From Adineta vaga (Eukaryota; Animalia; Rotifera), in the NCBI GenBank assembly GCA_021613535.1, contig CP075497.1, forward strand, positions 8,157,488 to 8,221,487: DNA of 64,000 nucleotides. Reading direction: 5' to 3'. The position numbers were made by a program, and so were the translations under genes. The notes beneath the pieces were generated by a model. The model made no database searches. It saw nothing but the letters and a program-made list of their open reading frames with translations, and had not been told where the DNA came from. Positions 13,457-26,689 of this stretch are shown here, piece after piece (positions within the stretch are counted from its first letter, which is position 1; the number at the start of each line of letters is the position of its first letter).

Positions 13457-13744
13457 CTAATGTTTGTTTTCGACTTCAGATTGACTATGTGCAGCATCAG
13501 CCATATCAGTGTCGGTTAATGCCGATCGTTTCCAAAATTTTCGTTGTGACATACGTTTCCAAAATCGTGATTTTGCTGCTCGTGCACTGAGAATATGAGC
13601 GGGATAATAATTATCAAAATCTTCCCAATCAATATTTTCAACAGCTGCATTACCATCGTTATCTGGTGACGAACTCGATGAAAGAGTAATGCCAATGAAA
13701 GCAATAAATAAAAATAAAATTGTATTGATTAATGTCGTACGCAT
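13457..13744 (-). CDS. Small secreted protein, prohormone-like (signal peptide, acidic spacer, KR-flanked short peptides ending in -RFW and -KFW)
   Basis: MRTTLINTILFLFIAFIGITLSSSSS is a signal peptide. It is followed by PDNDGNAAVENIDWEDFDNYYPAHILSARAAKSRFW-KR-MSQRKFW-KR-SALTDTDMADAAHSQSEVENKH. The dibasic KR sites bracket two short peptides that share a C-terminal (R/K)FW. There is no Gly amidation donor, so peptide identity is uncertain. Confidence 0.4.
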   Translation of the reverse strand: MRTTLINTILFLFIAFIGITLSSSSSPDNDGNAAVENIDWEDFDNYYPAHILSARAAKSRFWKRMSQRKFWKRSALTDTDMADAAHSQSEVENKH

Positions 13745-16700
13745 GATGACTAAAATATTGTATTATGGATTATGAAATTGAAGGAAATAAAAAAAACTTT
13801 GTTTTACCTAAGTTTTTGGAAGATTGAGATAGATGTATGAAAAGATAGATAATCGAATGTTGAATAAAAATAATAATGAAAAGAGAAGAGAAATAACTTC
13901 GATATTAATATCTCTCAATTTTCTCTTTTTACAGATATGGGAATTTCTATTTTTCTCGCTTCCTGTTCCTCTTTTTTTTTGTCTCTCCAATCACGTATGT
14001 TGAAAAATATCTTTTCTAGTTTTCACGGATGGAATACAAGATATATCCTTCTTGATAAATCTTCACCAAATGCAACTAAATATCTCATCAATTTTTCAGT
14101 GTAAATAAAAATTTTCAAAAATCAATCAAATTGATTTATATTTATCCAGTAAGACTTCATCATTTCAATTAAAGAATCTTACTCATCTATCGATAGATAC
14201 AATCAATGTGCGCGAAAAGAGAAAGAGAATGAATAGGAAACATCGGTATTCATAGCATGTAAGTTTCATGCACAATCTCTATGTATATGTTAATGGCTAT
14301 TATTGAAATGGAATTAACAAGAGTAAAAATCGTGAAGGGTTACGGGTCTAAATCGGAAACTAAAGAGCATTAATTATTCGAGATCAAACAACATCAAAGT
14401 TAATATGAGATTTTTCCGGTTTTATCACTTGAGAGAAAGCAAAATTAGAGAACGTTTTTTGTTAAATAATCATTCAAATAGACTACGATTATTGGATATG
14501 GATTGCATTAATTTAATAAAGAAACAATGAAAATGAAAGTAACCTTTATTTATGACTCTGTGGTAATTGAAAAAAATGTCATGATGAACATGATCTTGTA
14601 CTGCATATCAGTATCAATTGATCTGAGCAATTTGAACAAACGTTTTGCCTTCGTAGTATGTTATTTTCACACGTTAAAGTGACTTTATTTACGTATAATT
14701 CTAAAGAAAGGTCGAGAAAATTATTATGCATATCTGTATTGCTGTTTGTTTCCTCATTGTTATTATCAGGCAAATGATGTGTCGTGCATTTAGTAATTTT
14801 ATTCAAAATAACCGTAATTTGATGAAAAAATCTTATCTATGTCAACGGAAGATTACTCTATTTGACTTTTTTTTGTGTATATGCTCCTACGTGATGTAGA
14901 CCAATGAACCGAATGCATTGTGTAATTTACATTGCAATAAAATGACTTACATCTTGAGAAAGGAATATAATAGATTCTTCGATAAAATGTCTTGTGCATT
15001 TTGTTATTTTAATTATCACTGTATGTTTTGGGTATTCACTTGTCATATTTTTGCACATCATTTATTAAAGATAATATTTATTTATAAGTCATATAGTTCA
15101 TTATTACTAATCGATAAGTTTGTTTTGATAAATCTAACTTTATTCATTGACTACCAATTCTAATATGAGAATGACGAAGATATATCAAAATAAAATTCAA
15201 TCACTGTTTTTTCCTCATTACTCGACCTGGATTTCATCATCTATGATTTAACACAGAAATTCAACATGTAATGTTCTTATTACAACTCAATAATGACATT
15301 TAAGGTAAACTTCACACATCAATTCGATCGGACATCATCTATTTTTTTTCGAATTTTTCATTCGATTTCAATAAAAAAAAGATATATATTATATTGTTCT
15401 TTGAATACTTTTGACTAAACTAAATGAACATTTGATTATGTATGTATTAATATAGAAATCTGATTGTCTTCTTCCTTATACTAATGAGTTTTATAAATCT
15501 CTTTTGTTCGAGTGTTTTCAAAGAGAATGTTCAATAAAAATTGATTTCTTTTTCTTTCTTGTGCAATGATATGATTTGAAGGTTTTTTTGATTGACAATT
15601 GTTTCTCTGAACACTCCCGGAAGGTAAAAATAGACATAATAATCATTTTATTCAATCATATGAAATTTACCACAAGATATAAAAGAAAACGACCTTCAAC
15701 AAATGATTTCAAGTTGCTTTTTTTTCAGAAGAAAAAGTGCAAAAGTTCTTAACAATCATTTCCATTGGATTTCTTCAAAACAAATGAACAAATTAACTGT
15801 TGAGACATACAAACTTCAAGTAAAAATTTAATTGACATCAATCAAATAATGTACTTAAAGGAAAAGAAAAAGAAAACTCCGATCGATCAAATAAATAAAA
15901 ATATTCGAGAAGATTTACTCAATTAATAATTCTATTGCATGTCAAAGAGAGAAAAGTTATTTGCAATTAATAATCATTCATTATTAGTAGAGAAATTAGT
16001 TAAATTGCTGTTTTGTTTTCAATACCTTGTTGAAATTTGTTCTAAAAAATGTCAAATAATTTCAATTTTATGTTATTATTATTAGTAATAGTAGTAGTAG
16101 TAGTAGTATCAGCAGTATTTCTCCATCTGTCTTTGTCTTCGAAAACTGAACAGTGTACTCCAGCAGTAATGAGCGCAGAGAGCAAATGCAAAAGAAACAA
16201 GAAAGAAAAAAAAAACGAGACAATGACAATGACGAAAAAAAAGGAGAAGAAAAGAATGAATAGCAAATAAAAATGGAAAGAAGAAGAAGAAAAAAATCTC
16301 ACATTCACTCACAAATACACAAGTTTTTTATATTTATGATGATAGAACAATAAAGACTTTAGCTTATTTGAAAATTCGATCAAGATTTTTTTCTTATTGA
16401 CTTTTTTCCTTAGTAAAGGAAAAAGAAAAGGTAAATCTCTTTCTTTTTCTCTCTCTCTCTCCTTTGCTTTCTCCTGCTATGTCTTATGCACATACACCGG
16501 GGTATCTGCTCGTAGCCTGATTATTTTCAAATTGAGAAAAAGAAAACTTGTGATGGAATTTAAAGAGAAAAAAAACTTGAGGAATGAATGATAAAATATC
16601 ACAAGAAAGAGAAGGAGAGAGAGAGAAGAAAACAAATGAAATTAAACAGCAAACATTTGAGGAACATATAAATCAGAATCATTCAAAGATGTCGATAGAT

Positions 16701-16783
16701 CATCAAGACCCACAAGTCCATTATTACCATTACCCCCATTTAGAGATAATGATGTATCTGTTGATGTTCCAGATGAATCATGA

Positions 16784-18263
16784 TTACCATTTGGTGCATA
16801 CATAGTTGCATAAAGACGACGCTAAATATCGAAAGAATATTTGATTTGAAAAGATAAAATTTTCTTTTACTTTTTTTGTTTCATTCTCCATTGTTTCGTA
16901 CGGATCGGAATACAAATCACAATGTAGATCATTATGATTCGGTATCAATCCACCAAGATTAACATTTGAATTGGAATTACCACCACCGGTTGCATATATA
17001 TGATGTAAATCTAAATGTCCATGGTGTAAATGATGAAGTTCACTTTGTGGTAACGGTAATGGTTGAGCTAATGAATGATGTTGTTGTTGTTGCTGCTGCT
17101 GCTGTTGCTGTAAAAGACGATGATTAGCATTCATTTGTTGTTGTTGTTGCTGTGAAGGATCTATATAAGGTAATTCGATCAGTCCGTTTTTACCTTTATT
17201 CGTTGTTACTAATGTACGTCGAACAATAGGTCGTAATTTATACAAAGGTGGTTCAGGTGTATTAGCTGAGATACATTTTGGACATAGCCATGTTTCAGGT
17301 ATATCATCACTAAATACACCTTCACTTGCAGACGTATCGGGATGAGCAGTCTATATAATAGAATTAGTTCAAAACTAGCAAAGAAGAAAGTCAAATGAAA
17401 CATACATGAAAGCATGGTAAATGATGTATTTCCATGCATCGTTCACATTCATATAGAACTTCTTCTGGTTTCAATTGTGATAATTTTCTTGAACCTTTCT
17501 TTTTTGAACATACTTGACAAGATGCAGTCGAAGGTAATATAGGTGCAATACATTGTTTCGTTAAACAACATTGTTTCATTTTTCCAACACCACCAAATTT
17601 TGGCATATCTTTACAATGTACACATTCAGAACAATCATCACGACAACATGGTTCACATTGTTTACATCTAATGGAGATAAAATACTATGAAAAAATAATA
17701 AATAAAGTAGAACAAAAATTTTACCTAACACGTTTATGTCGATCTTTTGCAGTAGATGTTTTATCGATATTTGTTTGATAATGTTGTTGTGTAGGTGTTG
17801 GAGGTGATGTTGTTGTACTATATTGATTATTTCCATTTGTATGATGATAATTAATCACATAATGCTGTTGTTGCTGCTGCTGCTGCTGTTGTTGTTGTTG
17901 TGCAGCATAATAATTTGCTAAATTCGATTGTGTTTGTTGTTGAGATGAATTTGAACTAGCTAATGGTCCGCTTAAAAGAATAGTCGCCGATGGATGTAGT
18001 GTAACAACATTTGTCGTTGTCTGTTGATGTTGTTGCATTGCTAATGTATCATATTGATGATGATGATGTGAAGAATGATGTGATGATTGTTGCTGAGCAT
18101 GTGGATGATGATGGTGATGATGATGAAGATGTTGCTGCTGTTGTTGTTGTTGATGATGGAATGACGAATGATGCTGCTGTTGCATATCGTCACTACCCGT
18201 ACTGCTCTTGCGTTTTATGCCTCGTAAAGTCTCCGTTATTGTTGTTCGCTCGTTCTGAAACAT
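16784..18263 (-). CDS. CXXC-type zinc finger followed by a PHD-like finger, embedded in long polyQ/polyH tracts (gene span, at least 4 exons)
   Basis: Minus-strand exons give a Q/H-rich N-terminus (ORF 17721..18263) ending in KDRHKRVR. The next exons read CKQCEPCCRDDCSECVHCKDMPKFGGVGKMKQCCLTKQCIAPI, the CXXC CpG-binding signature (CGxCxxC...C.DM.KFGG.G). After that comes CQVCSKKKG...LYECERCMEIHHLPC ... WLCPKC, a PHD-like C4HC3 arrangement, then a polyQ C-terminus (ORF 16784..17245). The CXXC-PHD architecture resembles FBXL19/KDM2-type readers, but no JmjC domain or F-box was seen. Confidence 0.6.
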
Positions 18264-19419
18264 ATGATGTATCTTATGTCACAAACTATAGTCAACAACT
18301 AATAAGATACGTGCGTACACAAGTCGAGTCAACATGACTTTTGTAATAGTTTATTTAGAGCTCCGACTCTATGTACATGTATCGTCTTTATCTTAATGAA
18401 CCTGTTGTCTATGTCTATGTCTATTGTCTTAGCTTACTTGACTGCGATTTGAATCGATGGCTAGTTGTTGTTGATTGTAATTAAAATGAATTCTCGTTTG
18501 ATCAGTTCTTGTTAATAAATAATCATTTGAAACATGATCAACAAGAAAATTCTAAAAGATAATACATTTAAGATTACATCATATTTGTTCGAATACAAGG
18601 TTGAAAAAAAATAGAAGAGAAATGCGAGGTTAAATGACCAAAAAAATGTATGTATGTATGTATTTATGGACAAACACGAGAGTTTTTCGTGTAAATATCT
18701 TCTCTTAGTAAGTATATGAAGACATTCTCATAGTTCCTTTTTTTTTCTCCTCTTCGCAATAAGATATTCATTCTGTTTCTGATCAGGTTTCTTTCAAAAT
18801 TACTTAAACAGAACAAAAATATAAGTTAATCATGTAGTTGTCAGGAAACCTTAAAGTAAAATTTTTCTTCTTATTTATCGAGAAAATTTTTACTTAAGAA
18901 ATTGATCCTTATAAACGACAAGAAAAAAGAAATGATTGCTATAGATAACGAATAACTGGTAACTAAATTTATTCAATAACAGATACTATCTCATGTCTGA
19001 AATATTTCTTTATTGTATCTATTTATAATATAAGAGCGACCTTTTCCAAAATAAAATTTCCATGAAAACTTATTCACATTGTTATATCTCAAGAATCAAT
19101 TAACAAAATTGATAGTATTCAAAAAGATAAATGAAGAGAAACAGAAAGCTCTTTCTGTTCAATTTACCTCCATTGTGTTCGAAAGCTGTTGTGTCTGTAC
19201 AAGATCTTCCGGGATCGAGTTGTCTTTCAATTTGCGTCCAACTGTACATAGTGTTTGTGATTTGTTCAATTAAAGAAATTGTATCGAATGTTCAGATATT
19301 GTTATTGATACTACTGTCTACAATTGTCGTTATTATTAGTAGTATTATTGTTGTTGTTCACCACCAGCAATCGACTTGTTCGACAAGGTTTCAGATCTAA
19401 AGACATAGCAATCGATCGC

Positions 19420-20170
19420 ACTTAACATAGAGAGAGAGAGAGAAAGAATAAGACAAAAGAGGCTTCCTTTTTTGCTGCTCATCATTTGAACAGAATAACA
19501 ATGGACCTCTCAAAGAAACAGAAGAAGAGAAGGAGAAGGGTGGCAAGTAATAAGAGTGCATATTAAAGAAAAGAGACAAAACATGATGTTTTTCAAGAGA
19601 GACAAAAAGGAACTTGATTGAGCGACATATTTCTACCTGTATACGCTAATCGATCGCAATTATTTATATATCTATCTATATATTTATAGTTAGAGAAAAG
19701 AAGAAGAAGAAAAAACGAGAAACATAAGGAGAGAAAAGGAGAAGATTTTGTAGAACCAAAATTCGAGAATATCAAGACAAGTAAAAAAGCAATGATAGAA
19801 ATAAATAGGAGCAACGAACAAGAATAAAAGAGAAAAAAGAAGGGAAAATGACGATTGTGTATGTGTATGTGCGAACAACGAGTTTTTTCCCTTTTTCGCC
19901 TCTATGCGTTCATTCATAAAAGATTTGAGTAATTTGCACACAGATTTCTTTTCTTCTTCTCTCTCTCTCTCCTTTCTTTGAGTGATCAGAAGAGAGAAAT
20001 AGCAGAGAAAAGGGAAGGAAAAATTTGAACAAAGAACAAGACGCAAGCGTACGTCGTGCGTAGCGAGAACATATTATTATGATTGTGTGTGTGATTGCAC
20101 AAGCGAGAGAAAGTGATTGACGAGTGAGAACAGAGAAGAGAGAGAGAGAGAAACGAGGACGCCGAATGAT
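19420..20170. repeat. Low-complexity polypurine/polypyrimidine region: (GA)n and (AG)n runs, (AAG)n blocks, AGAGAGAGAGAG microsatellites
   Basis: Direct reading: agagagagagagagaaagaa at about 19430, gaagaagaagaaaaaa at about 19700, ctctctctctcc at about 19960, agagagagagagagaaac at about 20140. Similar tracts recur at 16400-16470, 21480-21500, 22770-22790 and 63540-63570. Confidence 0.85.
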
Positions 20171-23100
20171 CAGGTTGTGTATGGCGGTAGTACGCATTAA
20201 TTATTCTCTTCTTCTACTTTCTTTTTTTTATTTTTTTTGTCATTTCAAAAAAGAATTTGAAATTGATGGTCTTATGTGCGTATATGTTTCCAAGTGCAAG
20301 CGATGCTCCCTCTTCAAATTCATCATAAATGTGTGTGGTTGTCCAAGAAACAGAAAGATTTCATTTATTAATTAGCAAACATAGAATTTTCTTTCTTTTC
20401 AAGCACATAAAGAAAAATTAACAACAAAAATCAATGTTCTTATTCGTCTATTCTCTTTGCTTTCTTTCTTTTCTCTGGTAATGTTTAAGATTGTCAACAT
20501 GAGATATAGACCAGACAAGTCACAACGTTAAAGTGTTTGTGTATTTGAGTAATGAAATGAAAATAAGACGAGATGAGAATCAAGCAGAGAAGAGAGTTTT
20601 TGGAGATCAAAATGACAACAGAAAATGAATATTCGTAAGAAAAAGACGACGATGACGATGATGATTATTATTATTGAACTTTTCTGTCTCAATCTTCTAA
20701 CAAGAACATGTTTTAAGAGTCAAGTCAAGTAGTCAATCAAAATCTGAACTATTTGATTTCTTTTTCTATTTCTCAATATAACTATATATTGATAAGATTC
20801 TTTTATGAAACATTTTCATTAAAAAGGTATATATTTATACATAAAAGTTTGTAAAGAAGAAAGAAACTTAAAATCATATGTACATAATAAAGATTGAATT
20901 CGAAGACAAGAAAAGAACTTTTGATTCGTTTTTTTATTGTCAGGAAAAAAACAACTGTCATATTTAGTTGTCGATTTTTCTTGGTTCAATAGTCGGTATG
21001 AAAAGAGAGAATGATATTAGGAAAGAAGAAAAAAAAACGATTGCTTTCTTTTTTTTCCTTTCTTTTCTTTTCGTACAACTGAATGACAATTGTTCACAAA
21101 GTTAATCGACACATTTTTTTTTTATTCAGTCAATAGAAGAAAAGAGAACAGTAAATCCTTGGAAAGCTGCTTACCGAATCTGACTCGTTCGCTCATATAT
21201 ACATACATATCAATAACTCTCCAATAATAATACTCTTAAAAATATATATATATACATTACATACATACATCTATATACTTGTTAACTTTTGTGAAAGATG
21301 ATGATGATGGTGTTATTATCTAAATAGAAAATCATTCAACATGCTAGTGATGATAGTCAATGCTGACGACAACACGCCTTTGCGCGCTATTCATTTGTCT
21401 CCTGAGACAGTGTAGAACGCGTGCGTACGCAGGAGGCAATAACAGCAAAAAAATCATTATGATCACCATCATCTTCTTCTTGTTCTCTCTCTCTCTCTTC
21501 TGCTTCGTTCTACACCCAGAGAGACTATTATCTGATTATCTTAAATACTTACGCGCTTCTCAGTATAAAATACCAAGTGTTACCTCTAGAGTCTTGTTCT
21601 CTTGTTCAAGAGCGAAATAACCAACGAAGATGATCACAAAAATTCCTTTCTCCTTTTCTGTCTCTATTGCTCTCATTTTCTCTATGTTTGAAATAATGAG
21701 ACAACTGTCCGATTGTCGTACTTGGATATTCTTTGCGAAAAAGGTCAACAAATGAAACAGAGTCAGTAAAAGATATAATGTCATAGTTCGTGTTATACAA
21801 TTGTCATTGATAACCTCAACATCGAGGTCAATATTTTCGATTCAATATATATATATAGTTTTGCACACAAAACAGTCTTCATTTATTCTTCTATTCTCTT
21901 TCAAGTAGACAAAAGACATGGATACTTCCATGTTTGCTATCGCATTGGGCCACACACATACAAATACATATTATTTATATATATATATAAAGAGGAAAAG
22001 AGAGGAAGAAGAGCAGATCCGTTCCGGAATAATTCGAAAAGGAAGACATCCAGAATCGATAATTGACATCATGAGACAGAGAAGAGAGAGAGAGAGGAAG
22101 AGGCATGCTTGACAAGAGGAGATGCGCGTTCTCGCACACTTGATGGAATCGTTGAACGGCAATGACGATGAATGAGAAAGCGTAGTTCAAGAGAAAAAGA
22201 AGAAGAAGTCAGTTTCTTTTTCTTATTCTCTTACTACAACTCATATTCAACATAAATACATCGATTGATTATGCAAAGAGACAATTTCATTTAGAATTCA
22301 CTTACTTCCTCCTAATCTACTAACTTTGCATTAAATTTAATTCGAAACCTTCTGTCGATCTATGATGACTGGAAGTACTAGTTTTTTCTTCTCAAGTTAT
22401 TGTTCTTACTTACTTACTTACTTACTCCTTCATATGTGTTTAACAACAACAAAAAAAGAACTAAATGCCGGAAAAATTAGTAGAGGAAGTGCTAGGAAAA
22501 TCAAAGTGACGCTAATTTAGACCAAAACCCTCTTTACTTTTTCTTATACAACTAATTTTTTGTTATACGAATAGTTTATTCTTCTTTTCTGACTTCTTTT
22601 TCTCGCTAACGACAACAACACTTTCCGATTAACTTTTGTTCCCAATACACAACTGATACAATTGACTTCATTCAAACATTCTAGAAACAAAGAGTGTGTA
22701 CCTTTTTCCTTTCTTGCCTTAAACTTCAGTTAAAAAACTTTCTAGACTAATGATTAGAATCGAAAAGAGGGATAGAGAGAGAGAGAAAGAGAAATACAGA
22801 CAGACAGAGTAAAACTCCAATGCCACTAATTCGATTATCTCGAATTGCAGTCTTCGTTCGTCCTCAAATTAACATGTTTGATTTTTAACGATTAAGCAAC
22901 ATTCTCATAATTTATATCCATATGCATATAAGAGGGATCAAAGCAAGACAGACCGAAATCAATGATGTTGATGATGATGATGACGAGCAACGATCAAGTA
23001 CTTGGCATAAGTAATTTTCACTCGCACCCACTCATTCTTTAACTAACTCAAAAGAAATCTGTTCGACATCAATAATAGATACACCATTAAAAGGCCCACT

Positions 23101-26100
23101 AACAACATCATCATATAAACGTCTGCATCTGAGTATGCGCGCACGCAATCTGAATGTATATACATTAAAATAGAAAAAAAGTCAAATTAAAACATCCATA
23201 AGAAGTAGTTGACGTCGTTACTATTGTTTGATGTCTTTATCTATTGATAATATTACTCAATAAAGTGAATGAAACGATTAGATTGAAAAAAGTAATCATC
23301 GTCTATCGGAAGAAAACTCCTTAATCGTTTTCTCTTTTATCTTTACCTGAAGTATTGATTCCATTTTCTTCTTGTTTCTTTTGTATAGATTCTAAACTAA
23401 AAAGAAAAGTAATCCATTCAATCAAAACAATTAGATCGTAGATAATACATTTGCTAATCAAAGAGCTGAATTACTTAGAATGGAAAAAAAATCTCATAAA
23501 ATAGATTTTTAATAACACGTCAAGAAATTCACGTCTTTTTCTCTAATCTTGTCGGTAGTTATCTGATCCTTGTTATTATGGATATATATATATATATGTC
23601 ATTTAAAATTAGATCTGGAGATCGATGAAAAAAATGTTCAGATCATCAAATATAATTGTTTTTTACTCTCTCTGTACAATCGAATTTTAAGAAAAGAACA
23701 TTTATATTTAAAGTTAAATGTTCTTTACCTACACTGATGGGTACGATTGAGTTTCTGAAATATTTTACTCCTTTTGTCTATCGACTAGTAATGATTATTA
23801 TTAGATATATATATATATATAGAAGAAATAGAAGTTGCTTTTCGAGCACTTTTATAGCAATTATTGAGCTTTGCAATACATTATAATTATTTTTAGTTAT
23901 TGTATACCATATGTAGTCAAAATAGAATTCGTCTTTCAATTACCAATTATTTAAATGATTAGAAAAAGAAGGAGGCGTTATTACCCCCGCACATATATTA
24001 TCTATTCCTTGGAAAACATATGGATGCTAGTTCTTTACTTACAAGCAAATGCTAGAAGAAGAAAAAACAATCTTGTTATTGCTCTATAAATTGTAACTAT
24101 TTCAAGGAAAATAAATTTTATTAAATGTAAAGAATAAATAATTGATTATATTTACTGAGAATTCAGTTTTAAATTAAACATAACATCAAGTAAAATTTCT
24201 TGTTATTTCTACATCATTCATAGTTTAATGATAAGAATGATTGATCTGATGAAACTATGTTGTATTTCTCTCACATGAAAGAACAATTGTTAAGCTTTTT
24301 AATGTGTCTGAATCAGTCATGTCATTATAGAAATGAGAAATAAACGGAAACAACCGGTATACAATTTGGTATGTAAAATGAATGGTTAGATTTTCAAAAA
24401 AAAAGTACAAAAGAAATCATCAGCAATGTCTATCTTAGACAGAAAAATAGAATAGTTACAAATTATTCTTATATTTTACTGTATTGTACTAATAGTCGTG
24501 TTTTGGAATAATTGACATATCTATCTGGATACATAGAGAGAGAATACTTTCCTACTAAATACATGATAATCAATGAAATCTTTAATGTAGCTACAGTCAG
24601 TTGTTCATCAACACCCTCAACGATGCATATCATGGAAATAAGATTTCATATGATGAGAAACCATTTGGATTGCAAATATTATTTAGAAATCAAAATCTGA
24701 TATAAAAGAAACATTTATAAAATCATGTGTATATTTTTCATAGACAACACCTATAATACAATTTCGGTCAAACTAAGTTAATTGTCTATATAATAAAGCA
24801 TGTTTGTTAATTTTCCATGATATTATTTCTTCATCATAATTATTTAAATACTCTACAAATTTCCTTGTCTGTTATATCGTATGTTATCGTTTCACAAAGA
24901 AACAAAAATGTAAAACTCATTTGAATTGCAAACTTTTTCATGAAATATTATATGGTTCAGCATGTGTATAATCGTATTAAACATAATAACATAGAAAATG
25001 CAGATGGTCCATGCTTAAATCAATCATAATGGACAGTCCATAAATCGATAGACAACTAACTGTAAATATTAGATTGAAAATAAACCATCTATTCTGACAC
25101 AATTCGTTCATTGATGGAATCTTTATAAAGAAACCATCTAAGCAATTTATAATTAAGCGTTTTGCAAATCTATGTGTCTTTTCTATCTACAGATTGAATA
25201 TTTTCAGTTCACGATTAAATTTCAATGAATGTTAATTAAAAGAAAAGAAATACGCCAAACTCATCCTGCTGAAGCACTATCATCCAAAATATCATTTCAT
25301 GTATTGAATTATAATATATGCCAAGAAGATGTCGCTAATTGTCAAAGTTACGAAAATAAAGGAATTGAACGTTAAAAAAACAGGAAAATATTGATACATC
25401 AGCTTAAAAGATAAATTCATCTAGTTTATGAAAATATTCTTGAGAAGGTATGTTTGACAGAAATGAAACAAAGACCAACGTTTTGATTGGTTACAATCGT
25501 CTTTTGTCCATCCTTTCTTGTTCTTGCTTGCTTCTTCGTGTCGTGTCGCGTTTGTGGTTAAGAAGTTGAAAACGAGCGATTGACTTGCACTGACTGACTC
25601 ATGAAAAAAACAACCCAACCCAATATTTTAATTTTCCATAGGCAGTTTGAGGTTTGTATTATAAAAGATAAAAACAGTTCTCGAATATCTCCCTTTTTCT
25701 ACTAGTATTTCTCAATGCACTGCACGACTTTGTTTTTCTCTTTTCCTTTCCATCTCTCTATCTCTCTGTCATCTCTTTCCTGTAGTCACTACAGTTGACA
25801 CACTATTCAGTAGAATATGCAAATCAATAATGTCATTAGAGCTTAGAAACATCAATAACACAATATGTGGTCCTCACTTCATAGGTGTTTAATAATTAAT
25901 GGACGAGAAAATTGCAGATCGTATTCGAGCGTTTAATTTTAACTGCCTTCAGTTTTCTTTATAAAGTGTGATAATGATAGAAAAAGAAAAGTAAGTATAC
26001 AGTATTACACCCGTATCGCGTTATGCATATAAAATCACCTTCATTCATCCTTGTAGACGTTCATTTTAATCAAACTTTTCCGCTTTTTCGATTCGGTTAA

Positions 26101-26689
26101 TCGTATCTGATACTATTAGTAAAACAGCTGCTAGCATGATGTCTGTTACACTTGGAAATGAACGAAGTTGAAATGATCACATTCTTTCTTTTTTTATTGT
26201 CTTTCCAATGATTTATTACACATTACCATAAAACATTATCTACTAGTCAACAAGAATGATCAAAAGTTGAAAAAAAAAGGTTTCTTTTTCTTTCGTCTAT
26301 CAAATATGATTAGGTTGACTTGATGATTTTTCTGTGCTTCTCCTTTTCTTTCCTTTACTTAGTATCTATACATGATGTATGTATGTATGTATTTATGTGT
26401 GTCTGCTTATTCTCTTCCTTTGCGAGCATTCTTAGGGTGACCAATGATATATGAAAAGATGGTCATGTATAGAAGAGAGTGATTTTCGTTCTTTTCCGTC
26501 TGTCTGTTCTCTAGTGTGTCGCGAGCATAGCGGTCGTTCTTTGTCTATAGCGTTCACCGATGCTAATACATCGCTGCATATATGAACAGAGAAAAGGAAA
26601 TGGCATAGAAAGAAGTTCAACATCAGACACTAATTTCTTTGTTATTTTTAGATTTGTTTTTATTGAATAGAGTAAAAAAATACAATACA

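Noticed and set aside
17576-18337. ORFs 17576..17836 (minus, other frame) and 18011..18337 (plus, D/V-rich)
   Set aside because: Both overlap the CXXC gene's homopolymer-rich exons and are artefacts of the CAG/CAT repeat periodicity.
19397-20375. Cluster of short ORFs (19397..19579, 19593..19814, 19690..20046, 19910..20197, 20124..20375)
   Set aside because: They sit in (GA)n/(CT)n low-complexity DNA. Their translations are S/L/F- or E/R/K-rich with no domain signal. They are most likely non-coding or UTR.
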